NCBI GenBank assembly: GCA_002269645.1
Contig: NIVC01001077.1
Span: 125,573 to 189,572, forward strand
Source of the DNA: Macrostomum lignano
Lineage: Eukaryota
Length of the DNA: 64,000 bases
Direction of reading: 5' to 3'
Shown here: positions 1 through 13,806 of the stretch, in pieces
How positions within the stretch are numbered: the stretch's first letter is position 1
How the letters are laid out: every line of letters starts with the position of its first letter
Notes under the pieces: generated by a model
Seen by the model: the letters and a program-made list of their open reading frames with translations, nothing else
Told to the model about the DNA's origin: nothing
Database searches by the model: none
Position numbers and translations under genes: made by a program

Positions 1-2735
1 TACCCTTTAAATGCCCGCTACCCCTTTCTACCTTTTAAATGCCCGCTACCCCTCTCTACCCTTTAAATGCCCGCTACCCCTCTCTACCTTTTAAATGCCC
101 GCTACCCCTATCTACCTTTTTAAAGGCCCGCTACCCCTCTCTACCCTTTTAAAGGCCCGCTACCCCTCTTTACCTTTTAAAGGCTCGCTACCCCTCTTTA
201 CCTTTTAAATGCCCGCTACCCCTCTTTACCCTTTAAATGCCCGCTACCCCTCTTAACCCTTTAAATGCCCGCTACCCCTCTCTACCCTTAAATGCCCGCT
301 ACCCCTCTCTACCTTTTAAAGGCCCGCTCCCCCTCTCTACCCTTTAAATACCCGCTACGCCCTCTATCTTTTAAATGCCCGCTCCCCCTCTCTACCCTTT
401 AAATGCCCGCTACTCCTCTCTACCTTTTAAAGGCCCGCTCCCCCTCTCTACCCTTTAAATACCCGCTACGCCCTCTATCTTTTAAATGCCCGCTACCCCT
501 ATCTACCCTTTAAATGCCCGCTACCCCTCTCTACCTTTTAAAGGCCCGCTACCCCTCTCTACCCTTTAAATACCCGCTACGCCCTCTATCTTTTAAATGC
601 CCGCTCCCCCTCTCTACCCTTTAAATACCCGCTACCCCTCTATCTTTTAAATTCCCGCTACCCCTCTCTATCTTTTAAATGCCCGCTAACCCTCTCTACC
701 TTTTAAAGGCCCGCTCCCCCTCTCTACCCTTTAAATACCCGCTACGCCCTCTATCTTTTAAATGCCCGCTACCCCTCTCTACCCTTTAAATACCCGCTAC
801 GCCCTCTATCTTTTAAATGCCCGCTCCCCCTCTCTACCCTTTAAATACCCGCTACGCCCTCTATCTTTTAAATGCCCGCTCCCCCTCTCTACCCTTTAAA
901 TACCCGCTACCCCTCTCTATCTTTTTAAAGGCCCGCTACCCCTCTCTACCCTTTTAAAGGCCCGCTACCCCTCTTTACCTTTTAAATGCCCGCTACCCCT
1001 CTTTACCCTTTAAATGCCCGCTACCCCTCTTAACCCTTTAAATTCCCGCTCCCCCTCTCTACCCTTTAAATGCCCGCTACCCCTCTCTACCTTTTAAAGG
1101 CCCGCTCCCCCTCTCTACCCTTTAAATACCCGCTACGCCCTCTATCTTTTAAATGCCCGCTACCCCTCTCTACCCTTTAAATGCCCGCTACCCCTCTCTA
1201 CCTTTTAAAGGCCCGCTCCCCCTCTCTACCCTTTAAATACCCGCTACGCCCTCTATCTTTTAAATGCCCGCTCCCCCTCTCTACCCTTTAAATACCCGCT
1301 ACCCCTCTCTATCTTTTAAATGCCCGCTACCCCTCTCTATCTTTTAAATGCCCACTACCCCTCTCTATCTTTTAAATGCCCGCTAACCCTCTCTACCTTT
1401 TAAAGGCCCGCTCCCCCTCTCTACCCTTTTAATACCCGCTACGCCCTCTATCTTTTAAATGCCCGCTACCCCTCTCTACCCTTTAAATACCCGCTACGCC
1501 CTCTTTACCCTTTAAATGCCCGCTCCCCCTCTCTACCCTTTAAATACCCGCTACGCCCTCTATCTTTTAAATGCCCGCTACCCCTCTCTACCCTTTAAAT
1601 ACCCGCTACCCCTCTCTATCTTTTTAAAGGCCCGCTACCCCTCTCTACCCTTTTAAAGGCCCGCTACCCCTCTTTACCTTTTAAATGCCCGCTACCCCTC
1701 TTTACCCTTTAAATGCCCGCTCCCCCTCTCTACCCTTTAAATACCCGCTACCCCTCTCTATCTTTTAAATGCCCGCTACCCCTCTCTACCCTTTAAATGC
1801 CCGCTACCCCTCTCTACCCTTTAAATGCCCGCTACCCCTATCTACCCTTTAAATTCCCGCTACCCCTCTTTACCCTTTAAATACCCGCTACGCCCTCTAT
1901 CTTTTAAATGCCCGCTCCCCCTCTCTACCCTTTAAATACCCGCTACGCCCTCTATCTTTTAAATGCCCGCTACCCCTTTCTACCCTTTAAATACCCGCTA
2001 CGCCCTCTATCTTTTAAATGCCCGCTCCCCCTCTCTACCCTTTAAATAACCGCTACGCCCTCTATCTTTTAAATGCCCGCTACCCCTCTCTACCTTTTAA
2101 AGGCCCGCTCCCCCTCTCTACCCTTTTAATACCCGCTACGCCCTCTATCTTTTAAATGCCCGCTACCCCTCTCTACCCTTTAAATACCCGCTACGCCCTC
2201 TATCTTTTAAATGCCCGCTCCCCCTCTCTACCCTTTAAATACCCGCTACGCCCTCTATCTTTTAAATGCCCGCTACCCCTCTCTACCCTTTAAATACCCG
2301 CTACGCCCTCTATCTTTTAAATGCCCGCTCCCCCTCTCTACCCTTTAAATACCCGCTACCCCTCTCTATCTTTTAAATGCCCGCTACCCCTCTCTACCCT
2401 TTAAATGCCCGCTACCCCTATCTACCCTTTAAATTCCCGCTACCCCTCTTTACCCTTTAAATACCCGCTACGCCCTCTATCTTTTAAATGCCCGCTCCCC
2501 CTCTATACCCTTTAAATACCCGCTACGCCCTCTATCTTTTAAATGCCCGCTACCCCTTTCTACCCTTTAAATACCCGCTACGCCCTCTATCTTTTAAATG
2601 CCCGCTCCCCTCTCTACCCTTTAAATAACCGCTACGCCCTCTATCTTTTAAATGCCCGCTACCCCTCTCTACCCTTTAAATACCCGCTACGCCCTCTATC
2701 TTTTAAATGCCCGCTACCCCTCTCTACCTTTTAAA
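1..2735. repeat. Minisatellite, ~28-bp unit (tacccctctctaccctttaaatgcccgc), ~95 copies, running off the window start
   Basis: The tandem unit is directly visible and ends at ~2735, where unique sequence begins. Confidence 0.97.
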
Positions 2736-3014
2736 ACTCAGCTATTTCCATCATTTCTTAAAAATTTTCAGTCACTAAAAAATTTGAATTTCCAAACTAA
2801 TTTTTCGCCACAGTCTCTTTTACAACGTTTAACAAGGTGTCAACTTTCTAATAGTAGTTTTTTATCCCGCACCCCTCAAACAGAAAATCATGCTCGAACC
2901 AATTTCCTTCATTTTGCTTTTCTTCCTGAAAACTGCGCTCCGCTACGAAAAAAGGCGATTTCCTTTTTGTTAAAGACTGTCAGAAATAGGATACCGTCCA
3001 TGGTGGGTGGGAAT

Positions 3015-3055
3015 CGGGTGGCGGATTGGCGCAGGGATCACGGATTGGCCGAGGG
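3015..3055 (+). promoter_or_regulatory. Two reverse CCAAT boxes (GGATTGGC x2) ~200-240 bp upstream of the dmrt ATG
   Basis: gcggattggcgcagggatcacggattggccg lies upstream of ATG 3255. The motif is seen directly; its function is inferred. Confidence 0.3.
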
Positions 3056-3254
3056 GTTCGGGATCTGTGTTGCTCCCTCCCCCTTTCCGCTAAGCCTATT
3101 GGACCCCGGTCAGCGGGGACACAGTGAAAGTTTTGCAAATCCCAGCAGCTGGGGATCAGTATTTAGCAATCCCGATTCTGTTCCAACAGACCAGACAGAA
3201 AGCCTGAGATAAAAAGCAAAAACTAATTTTGTTCGCTGAGTTGCCCAAATTTCA

Positions 3255-6200
3255 ATGGAATCGTCGCCGCACGGGCCGCCGCCGCCGCCTTCGCCGACCT
3301 CCTCGGCCGCTGGTCCTGCCCACGCGGCCGCTCTCCGGGCGCCATTCATGGACCCGGCCCTGACCCGGTCCCTGGTGAAGCTGATGCAGCCGCCAATCTA
3401 CCCGGTGACGGAGAAGGGCGCCAGGAAGCCAAAGTGCGCCCGCTGCCGCAACCACGGCATGGTCAGCTGGCTGAAGGGCCACAAGCGGCACTGCCGGTTC
3501 AAAGACTGCGCCTGCGCCAAGTGCAACCTCATCGCCGAGCGGCAGCGAGTCATGGCCGCCCAGGTGGCGCTGAAACGCCAGCAGAGCGCCGAGGACGCCG
3601 TCGCTATCGGGCTGCGCAGCTTCGCCGATGGCAGCGCGCCGGTGCTCTCCTCCGGCCCGCTGTGGGGTTCCGACTGCGTCAGCGAGCCCATGGACCAGCA
3701 GGCGGCCGCTCTGACGATGATGCAGCAGCAGCTGGAGGAGGCTGATGATGATGATGAGGGTGATAATGGTCAGGAAGCTGGAATCTGCGACGGCGGAGCT
3801 GATGAAGAGGCGGATGCAGCGGCGGCTTCGTCGGATGGAGGGCACGGTGAGTCGATGAGACGTGTCTACCGCACTCTATGCCCTGTTGTCTACCTTATAG
3901 TCTACCCCACAGTCTACCCCACTATACCTTATTTTCTACCCGATTGTCTACCCCACTATACCTTATTGTCTACCCTATTGTCTACCCCACTCTATATCCT
4001 ATTGTCTACCCTATTGTCTACCCCACTCTATATCCTATTGTCTACCATACTGTCTACCCCACTGTCTACCCCACTGTCTACCCCACTGTCTACCCCACTG
4101 TCTACCCCACTGTCTACCCCACTGTCTACCCCACTGTCTACCCCACTGTCTACCCCACTGTCTACCCTACTGGCTACCCTATTGTCTAACCTATTGTCTG
4201 CCCCACTATGCACCCCACTGTGTACTTTATTATCTACCCTATTTTAGCCTACCGCACTGTCTACCTCGCGATCTAACCCCACTGTATACACCTAACTGAC
4301 TACCCCCACTGGCTGTCTAGTCCACTTTCTACCCCACACTCTACCTTGCTGTATATCCAAGAGTCTACCCCACTATCTACCCCATGTCTACTTGCCTGCT
4401 CATACCTATTTTGCATCTTGAGCATCCCTTCAGAGTATTCTTTCAAAACTAAGACAAGGGCCGCTAGCTAAACGATCCCAGCTTAAGCTCAAAGCCACCA
4501 TGCAATCGAAGTCAGCTTCGTTTCCATGGCAACTGTCAACTGAGACAGCGCAGTGTTGAGCAAACACTCGATAGTTAAGAGACAATTGGATCTAATATTT
4601 GCCAAATCCGACAATAATATTCGAAATAAACGCACGTTGCCAACCCTAAAACTTTTCAAGAGTCAGCAGTTGAGATCTTTCATAGCTGACCCGGATAGGG
4701 AAATGTTATTGCAGATCGGGGAAAATATTGATTGATTTGACAGCTACACAAATTTATTTGACAAGCTTCGATAGAAAGTCTGACTCAAGATTGAAAATTT
4801 GTCTGTTTGCTTTTAACCCTTCTAACTGCTTCAAAATGTGCCCTATAATAAAAAGAAGATTTTTTACAAGCACAAGAAATCTCAGTTCAGCAAATTTCTT
4901 TCAAATTAGTCTTCTTTCAATTCTGGAAAACTGAAGGGAACGGCCGCTAAAACACGTGTTTAACGAGCCCTGTTTAAACACTTGCCGTCCCTACTACATA
5001 TCCTTTTTTAGGGTTGCCAAAGAATCTCAGTGTTTGTCTAGAGGGATCTTCTTACTTGAAAAATAGACTTTCTTTTAGGAGCAGAAATTCATTTTCAGCT
5101 CTAAATGAGAGTTAATATTGTTAAGATTGGCCTCGGTCTCAGTCAGGACACTTTTGGTTTTGGGAAAACTTCTGCAACGACAGATGCTTGCGGGTGTCGG
5201 GTTTCCCGCGGTTAGTCGGCAGAGAGAGGGCGGCTCTCATTTGTGTTTGCGCAAGTTGAGTCAAATTTTGAGTCAACTGGGTCCGCGATACAGCGGCAAA
5301 TGGAGACTAATAAAAATTCTACTAAATTCCTCAAAAAAATCCCAAATCTCAAGTCGGTTAAAATCCACCTTCAAGAAAAATCCTTCAGCTCTTCAAAACT
5401 TCAAATTCTAAACAAAATTTCATCTATAGCCTGCAGACTCTGACAAAAATCTATCTCTAACAGTTTCCAAATCCTTTCAGCATCCGAATTCCCAACTGAA
5501 ATTCTCCATCAGACTATGAGACTGTTGTGATTAACTGCTGCCAAATCTACTGATTGATTTTTCCCAGAAAACAGCGGCGCCTCCAGTGTAGAAGATACAA
5601 AGAAGCAAAGCCAGCAAAATCTGCAACACGCCGTCTCATCGCCAACGCAGCGGCAGCAGCAGCAGCGGGAGACTGGCCCAACGGACTCAACACGGACAAG
5701 CGAAGAGTCCAACTGCATCACCGACAAAGTCGAGGAAGAGATCGAACCACCAACCTCGTCTTCGCAACCGCCGCTGCCCCAGCCGAAGCCGCCGCAGGAG
5801 CATCAAGCGTCGGGCAGCGGCCGCAGGACTTCGGCAGGCAAGCCAGGCCGATTGTCCTCTCTGCAAATCCTCGAGCGCCTGTTCCCCAGCCAGCGTCGCC
5901 AGGCGCTCGAGCTGGCCCTGCAGAACTACAGTGGCGACGCTGTCAAGGCCATTGAGCACTTCCTGGCCGCTGACCCGGCATCGGCTTCCCGACTGCGGCC
6001 CGGCCAGCAGCAGCAGCCACCGCAGCAGCAGAGGCAGCCGACCCCACCGCCGCTCCTGACTCCCTCATCGGCCATCGCTTCTCTCGCCGCCATCAGCCGC
6101 CAGTCGACTGCCTTCAACAGCCCGCTGCTGTCATCTGCCGGCTTCCCGCATCATCCGACGCCGCACTTTCCGCACCACCTGCTGCTGCCGCCGCCGCCGC

Positions 6201-6409
6201 CGCATTCGCAGCCGCCTCCGCCGCCGCCGCCGCCGCCGCCGTCTCAGCAGCACCCGAGAGCGCCTCACGAGCTGTTCCTGCCGCCTCCTTACCACCTGCT
6301 GCCAAGGCCCCCCTGCTTCTGGCCGCCCGCCATGCTGCCGCCGCCGCCACAGTCGCTGCCGCTGCCGCCGCCACCGACGACGCCGCAGTCGGGTTTTGAA
6401 GACAAATGA
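3255..6409 (+). CDS. dmrt93B: Doublesex/mab-3-related transcription factor, Dmrt93B/DMRTA class; join(3255..3846,5568..6409), 477 aa
   Basis: Exon 1 encodes the DM domain [63 protein letters not shown]; the SWLKGHK and KRQQxAEDAxAxGLR signatures are typical of Dmrt93B. Donor cacg|gtgagt (3847) and acceptor ttcccag|aa (5567) are phase-1 compatible. Exon 2 is open into the DMA domain [36 protein letters not shown], followed by a Pro-rich tail. Confidence 0.9.
3860..4400. repeat. 12-bp tandem repeat (gtctaccccact) in dmrt intron 1
   Basis: Visible array starting just after the donor; it explains the STPL/YPTV ORF tails. Confidence 0.9.
4520..4533. promoter_or_regulatory. RFX-type X-box GTTTCCATGGCAAC in dmrt intron 1
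   Basis: Exact match to the X-box consensus GTHNYY-AT-RRNAAC, in unique intronic DNA. Confidence 0.45.
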
Positions 6410-6712
6410 GAGTAGACAAATGAGAGTAGACAAACGAGAGTAGACAAACGAGAGTAGACAAACGAGAGTAGACAAACGAGACTAGACAAATGAGAGTAGA
6501 CAAACGAGAGTAGACAAATGAGAGTAGACAAATGAGAGTAGACAAGCGAGAGTAGACAATTGAGATTAGACAAGCGAGAGTAGACAAATGAGAGTAGACA
6601 AACGAGAGTAGACAAATGAGAGTAGACAAACGAGAGTAGACAAATGAGAGTAGACAAATGAGAGTAGACAAATGAGAGTAGACCAGCGAGAATAGACAAA
6701 TGAGAGTCCAGC
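6400..6712. repeat. 14-bp tandem repeat (agacaaatgagagt) overlapping the dmrt stop codon and 3' UTR
   Basis: Visible array; its first unit contains the TGA at 6407-6409. Confidence 0.93.
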
Positions 6713-7109
6713 AATGGAAGCTCACAGTCAGAGCTGTTTCTGTTTTATGAAGTTTTTTTAACAATTTGTCTTTTTGCGTTGCCATGCTGTTGTTGACTGA
6801 GGCGCGGCCGTTCATTTTTTAATTTTAGCCATTCTTATTATCATTATTAGTTTGTGCAATTTGTTTCTTTATTAACTCGATCTTGCAAACTTACTAACAA
6901 TAATTTACTAATCTCATTATGCAATTTATGCCAATTGGCAGAATAAATACTTCATATATGTATCTAGTCTCCGCTGGGAACATTGCTATAGCTTGAAAAT
7001 AACAAAATAAAATTTTTGGATTTTGCGCTTTTCACTTTTTAAAAAGACAATTCTCAAAATTACTAGCAAAATCACTAATCTCATCTTCTACACTTTTCAC
7101 CTAACGACA

Positions 7110-7735
7110 CTTCTCCTTGCTGACCGGCACTTCTCATTCTTGACCGGCACTTCTCACCCCTGACCGGCACTTCACCCCTGACCGGCTCTTCTCACCCCTG
7201 ACCGGCACTTCACCCCTGACCGGCTCTTCTCACCCCTGACCGGCACTTCTCACCCCTGACCGGAAATTCTCACCCCTGACCGGCACTTCTCATCCCTGAC
7301 CGGCTCTTCTCACCCCTGACCGGCTCTTCTCACCCCTGACCGGCACTTCTCACCCCTGACCGGCAATTCTCACCCCTGACCGGCACTTCTCATCCCTGAC
7401 CGGCAATTCTCATCCCTGACCGGAATTTTTTATTCCTGACCGGCACTTCTCTCCCCTGACCGGCACTTCTCACCCCTGACCGGCACTTCTCACCCCTGAC
7501 CGGCACTTCACCACTGACCGGCAATTCTCCCCCCTGACCGGCAATTCTCATCTCCGACAGGCAGTTCTCATCTCTGACCGGCACTTCTCATTTCTGACCG
7601 GCAATTCTCATCCCTGACCGGCACTTCTCATCCCTGACCGGTAATTCTCATCCCTGACCGGAAATTCTCATCCCTGACCGGCACTTCTCATCCCTGACCG
7701 GTAATTCTCATCCCTGACCGGAAATTCTCATCCAG
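7110..7735. repeat. ~20-bp minisatellite (tgaccggcacttctcacccc)
   Basis: Visible tandem array. Confidence 0.93.
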
Positions 7736-8679
7736 GACCCTTCTCATCGAAGACATTGTCTCATTCATGACGCTTCTCATATCTGACAGCAACTCAGTTT
7801 CCTTCTCGCAATCTTGCTCTCCTAGAAATTCCGGATTTACATTTTCGACAAAGAGTCTCAAAGGTCTGATGTTTGAATAATTTAATTCGCACAGCCGGTG
7901 GCCACGCGAGAGATCAAGAGGATCAATCGGCAGCACATATCCGGCATCAAGGAAGTTCAAACAATGGAATCGTTGCTGTGCCTAATCAAGACCACTTGCC
8001 CTTCCTGTAGGCCTGGGAAATGCTGATGCAGGACACGCGGGCACGAGTCATTATGACTCTTGATTCTCATTCTATTCTTGTGCCTTTTTTCATTCCTACT
8101 CTTCTTGTTGTTTTTCCTCCTTTCTCACAGCATTCTCCAGAGGAGCTCAGCCCGTTTGCCGCCGCTGCGACCACCGCCGGCCGGCGGTCTCTAAACCCCC
8201 CCCCTTGTTTGCCAGTTTGCCCAGCGTGACAAAGAAAGCTCTTTTCCAGCCTCTCCTCTCCATCGGGTCGCTATTGACTCTGCGGGACCGAAGGTTCTTT
8301 TTTGATGAGGCAGTCCCAGCTTCCTATATCCTTCCATACTCTCTCTCTATCTCTCTCGGAAGCTGGAGTCTTGTCTTTCAAGTTGCTTTTTCCCGTTCCT
8401 GACCCACCAAGAAAGCTCGGCCGAAAGACCAGAGTTTCATTTCCTTCGCTTCCTCCAAGCTGTGCTTGACTCTCCTGATGACCAGTGCTTGGGTTTTTTT
8501 CCCAGTTTCCCATCTCCCCCCTAGAAAGGGGAAAAGAGTTGGTTGGGGGTTGCAGCCCAGATAAATAAACTTTCACTACTTAACAGAACTTGGCCCAGTC
8601 TGAGTTCGAGTCAATACGGCTCTCGAGCATATGTAGCTTTCAAACCCTTTAGTCATTGAAACTTGGCATTTGACGGACA

Positions 8680-8853
<174 letters not shown>

Positions 8854-9214
8854 AAATCTTAAAAACTCCAATAGCTATGCTCAGACAAGCGGGATTTTGT
8901 GTGCTTGTGTCCGCTAGCGAATATACATCTGTTTGCTTTCTCTTGGTCATAAAATAAGCGAGAGCGAGGGCCGACTCTGAGCTAAGTTTTCAATTGAAGC
9001 TTGAAGACTGCTCAAGTTGTTGTCAATTTGGTGTCAGATTACAGCGGGGCATCTGCGGCCCATATTGGTGTCGACCGTGAATTGAAATTCAAAGCGTTGA
9101 GACAATTTATATAAATTCAACGAACTCATTACAGCCGGTTAAACATTCTGATAGAAGTATATTGTGAACACTTGTGAGTATTAATGTGTAGGAGCGTACA
9201 CCCAGCGTAACCTG

Positions 9215-9812
9215 AAGCTTCGTGTTGCTAAAGCTCCTGGTTGGTGAAGCTTCGTGTTGGTGAAGCTTCGTATTGGTGAAGCTTCGTGTTGGTGAAGCTT
9301 CGGGTTGGTGAAGCTTCGTGTTGGTGAAGCTTCGTGTTGGTGAAGCTTCAGGTTTTGGTGAAGCTTCGTGTTGGTGAAGCTTCGTGTTGGTGAAGCTTCG
9401 TGTTGGTGAAGCTTCGTGTTGGTGAAGCTTCAGGTTTTGGTGAAGCTTCGGGCTGGTGAAGCTTCGGTTTGGTGAGTTTTCGGGTTGGTGAAGCTTCGGG
9501 TTGGTGAAGCTTCGGGTTGGTGAAGCTTCGTGTTGGTGAAGCTTCAGGTTTTGGTGAAGCTTCGTGTTGGTGAAGCTTCGTGTTGGTGAAGCTTCGTGTT
9601 GGTGAAGCTTCAGGTTTTGGTGAAGCTTCGGGCTGGTGAAGCTTCGGTTTGGTGAATTTTCGGGTTGGTGAAGCTTCGTGTTGGTGAAGCTTCGGGTTGG
9701 CGAAGCTTCGACTTTGTGAAGCTTCGGGTTTTGGTGAAGCTTCGGTTTGGTGAAGTTTCGGGCTGGTGAAGCTTCGATTTTGTGAAGCTTCGGGTTTTGG
9801 TGAAGCTTCGGT
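9215..9812. repeat. 15-bp minisatellite (ttggtgaagcttcgt/g)
   Basis: Visible tandem array. Confidence 0.93.
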
Positions 9813-10529
9813 TTAGTTTTCGGATCAGCACAGGCGTAAATTTCATTTCGTTGATTTCGGGCAAAAGTCAAATTCAGAAAAGGCTGCAGTCGAACCACAG
9901 AAACTTTCAATTAAATTGATAATGTGCCACTAAATGCGGCATAGAGACAGATTTATGGACATCAGCATAGCGACTCGGATGACCCTCCCGAACCCCCAAT
10001 AGATAATTGGCACGTGTTGACCAGAAACTGGGGGTTATTTATCATCAATAATTGACACCAGACCCTGGCAGTTTGGGATAGAAATCAAGGATGTGGGGCG
10101 GGGAGGGCAGGAAAGTTATCAGCATTATCGGGTGGAGGGGGTTGGAATCCCAATAGGGGAGAGGAAAGTTAATATAAAAAATGAAATAAAGGCGATGTAG
10201 AGTCTCGCCGAATTTCATAATTGAAGGGATCCGGTGTGGGGGGCCACGAAGACCCCCTGCTGTTGCTCAGGCTGTGGTAACAATGGGAGACTGCGCTAGC
10301 CGTAACCAGCACCAACTGTGTCGCCAGGCACTCGAGATGACTGGCATGCGGTGTTTCAGCAGACCGCAAAGTCAGCATTGCGATAAAAACTGGCTTTTTC
10401 ATTTGGTTGAATTTTATCGCATATGGCTGGGATTGGCAAAACAATTTCAATAAAATGATTTGATAATATTATCCTTTGTTGGTGCACTGGGTGCATCGAA
10501 CTTCCGTGCTCGCCAGCTCAGGTTTGGCA

Positions 10530-11092
10530 CTACTGACACACCAGTTCGCCTTCCTGACACACAAGTTTGCCTTCCTGACACACTAGTTTGCCTTCCTGAC
10601 ACACTAGTTTGCCTTCCTGACACACTAGTTTGCTTTCCTGACACACTAGTTTACCTTCCTGATGGAAGATTAAGCTCCTGACAATAAATTTTAAGCTTTT
10701 GATATTACGTTTTAAGCTCCTAGTAATAGATTTTAAGCTCCTGACAATAGATTAATAGATTTTAAGCTCCTGAAAAAAATCTTACGCTTCTGACCATAAA
10801 TTTTAAGCTCCTGACAATAGATTTACAGCTCCTTACAATAGATTTACAGCTCCTGACAATACATTTTAAGCTCCTGACAATAGATTTACAGCTCCTGACA
10901 ATAGATTTACAGCTCCTGACAATACATTTTAAGCTCCTGACAATAGATTTACAGCTCCTGACAATACATTTTAAGCTCCTGACAATAGATTTACAGCTCC
11001 TGACAATAGATTTACAGCTCCTGACAATAGATTTACAGCTCCTGACAATAGATTTACAGCTCCTGACAATACATTTTAAGCTCCTGACAATA
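10530..11092. repeat. Two related arrays: 21-22-bp (cctgacacactagtttgcctt) and 21-bp (gctcctgacaatagatttaca)
   Basis: Visible arrays sharing the core cctgaca. Confidence 0.9.
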
Positions 11093-11604
11093 CTCGTAAC
11101 CAAGCCGCGTGTGCAAAATAAACCAGAGATGATCATAGCTGCACTCCAAACACACAGAGAGAGCTGGGCTGAAGCAGGTCTGGGTTATATTCAAGCAAAC
11201 ATTCGATAAACTTCAGAAGATATTGCTTCTCAATTTATGTTAGTCTACCAATTCAATTCAACCAACACAGGCCCAGTTCGCGATCTCGTTTCATTGCATA
11301 GTTTCAGTCCACAGTGGGAAAGAAAATCGAGGATAAAAATGAATGGGATTCGCTGCCCTCCCTACAGGCTAAACAGCTGCGTCCGTTGAAATTACCGACA
11401 GATCAGTGCTCAAATCTGAGCATTTTTGTGTACCGCTAGAGAGAAATTGAATCACAGGGATTGAAATTGCCCGGAAACAGTTGTGCAAAGGGGCGAACTC
11501 GACCGCAGCCGGATGCGCTGCCTAGCGACTTCCTTTCAGTGGCCAAGTGCTGGATCAATATTGTTGAAGCCTCAGCTGGAGGTCTGTAAAACAGAGAGAT
11601 AGAG

Positions 11605-12325
<721 letters not shown>

Positions 12326-12879
12326 ACTACTACAAGCCAACAATAAATTGATGAAGCCACTGGTGAAGCTGAAGGACCAGAATCAGTCATGGCAATCTGA
12401 CACCGTTGCCGTCCTACCGGAGAAGCTTAGACAGATAATTACCCAACGGGAACAGGTTGGTGGCAAAATGGTTTATTATTTCAAGCTCGTATTGATAAGA
12501 ATTGCTAAACAGAAACTCGCTTTGGGCAACCGTTGATAAAAGCCCCCACCCGCACCCGAAAACTTATTTTCAGATTTTCTTTAACTAGCTAGAATCTGCG
12601 GACAAAAGCTACTGACTGATATTGGGCCAATGTAAATATCTTGAACGGTAGAATTAAGAAGATTACAGATAGCTTTATTAGCTAAATGGCTGGTTGCCGG
12701 CGAAGATTAGCGGCAAAAGTCGGCCTAAACAAAGGCGTTGGAACGAATCAAGGATTGATTTTGTATATATCTGCACGGGATGCGCGGCGTGATTAAGCGT
12801 CCCCTATCCGCTGCAGCCCTGCGCTCAAGAATAGTGTTAATATTGATTCTTTATAACAAGATATACTCTTCCAGCATTC

Positions 12880-13806
12880 CCAAATTTCATCTGAGGCACC
12901 GCCATTTCATCTGAGGGAGTGCCATTTCATCTGAGGGAGTGCCATTTCATCTGAGGGAGTGCCATTTAATCTGAGGCACCGCCATTTCATCTGAAGGACC
13001 GCCATTTCATCTGAGGTAGTGCCACTTGATCTGAGGTAGTGCCACTTGATCTGAGGGACCGCCATTTATTCTGAGGGGTTCCATTTCATCTGAAGGACCG
13101 CCATTTCATCTGAGGGACCGCCATTTCATCTGAGGGACCGCCATTTCATCTGAGGGACCGCCATTTCATCTGAGGAACCGCCATTTCATCTGAGGGACCG
13201 CCATTTCATCTGAGGGACCGTCATTTCATCTGAGGGACCGCCATTTCATCTGAGGGACCGCCATTTCATCTGAGGGACCGCCATTTCATCTGAGATAGTG
13301 CCACTTGATCTGAGGGACCGCCATTTCATCTGAGGTAGTGCCACTTGATCTGAGGGACCGCCATTTCATCTGAGGTAGTGCCACTTGATCTGAGGGACCG
13401 CCATTTTATCTGAGGGACCGCCATTTCATCTGAGGGACCGCCATTTCATCTGAGATAGTGCCACTTGATCTGAGGGACCGCCATTTCATCTGAGATAGTG
13501 CCAATTGATCTGAGGGACCGCCATTTCATCTGAGGTAGTGCCACTTGATCTGAGGGACCGCCATTTCATCTGAGGTAGTGCCACTTGATCTGAGGGACCG
13601 CCATTTCATCTGAGGGACCGCCATTTCATCTGAGGGACCGCCATTTCATCTGAGATAGTGCCACTTGATCTGAGGGACCGCCATTTCATCTGAGGTAGTG
13701 CCACTTGATCTGAGGGACCGCCATTTCATCTGAGGTAATGCCACTTGATCTGAGGGACCGCCATTTCATCTGAGGTAGTGCCACTTGATCTTAGGGACCG
13801 CCATTT
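12880..13806. repeat. 20-bp minisatellite (gccatttcatctgagggacc)
   Basis: Visible; two alternating unit variants. Confidence 0.95.

Noticed and set aside
7688-8580. Protein-like minus-strand ORF (NFLDAGYVLPIDPL...) and adjacent stop-interrupted frames
   Set aside because: No recognisable motif or splice framework; possibly a decayed retroelement fragment, but this cannot be supported without a search.
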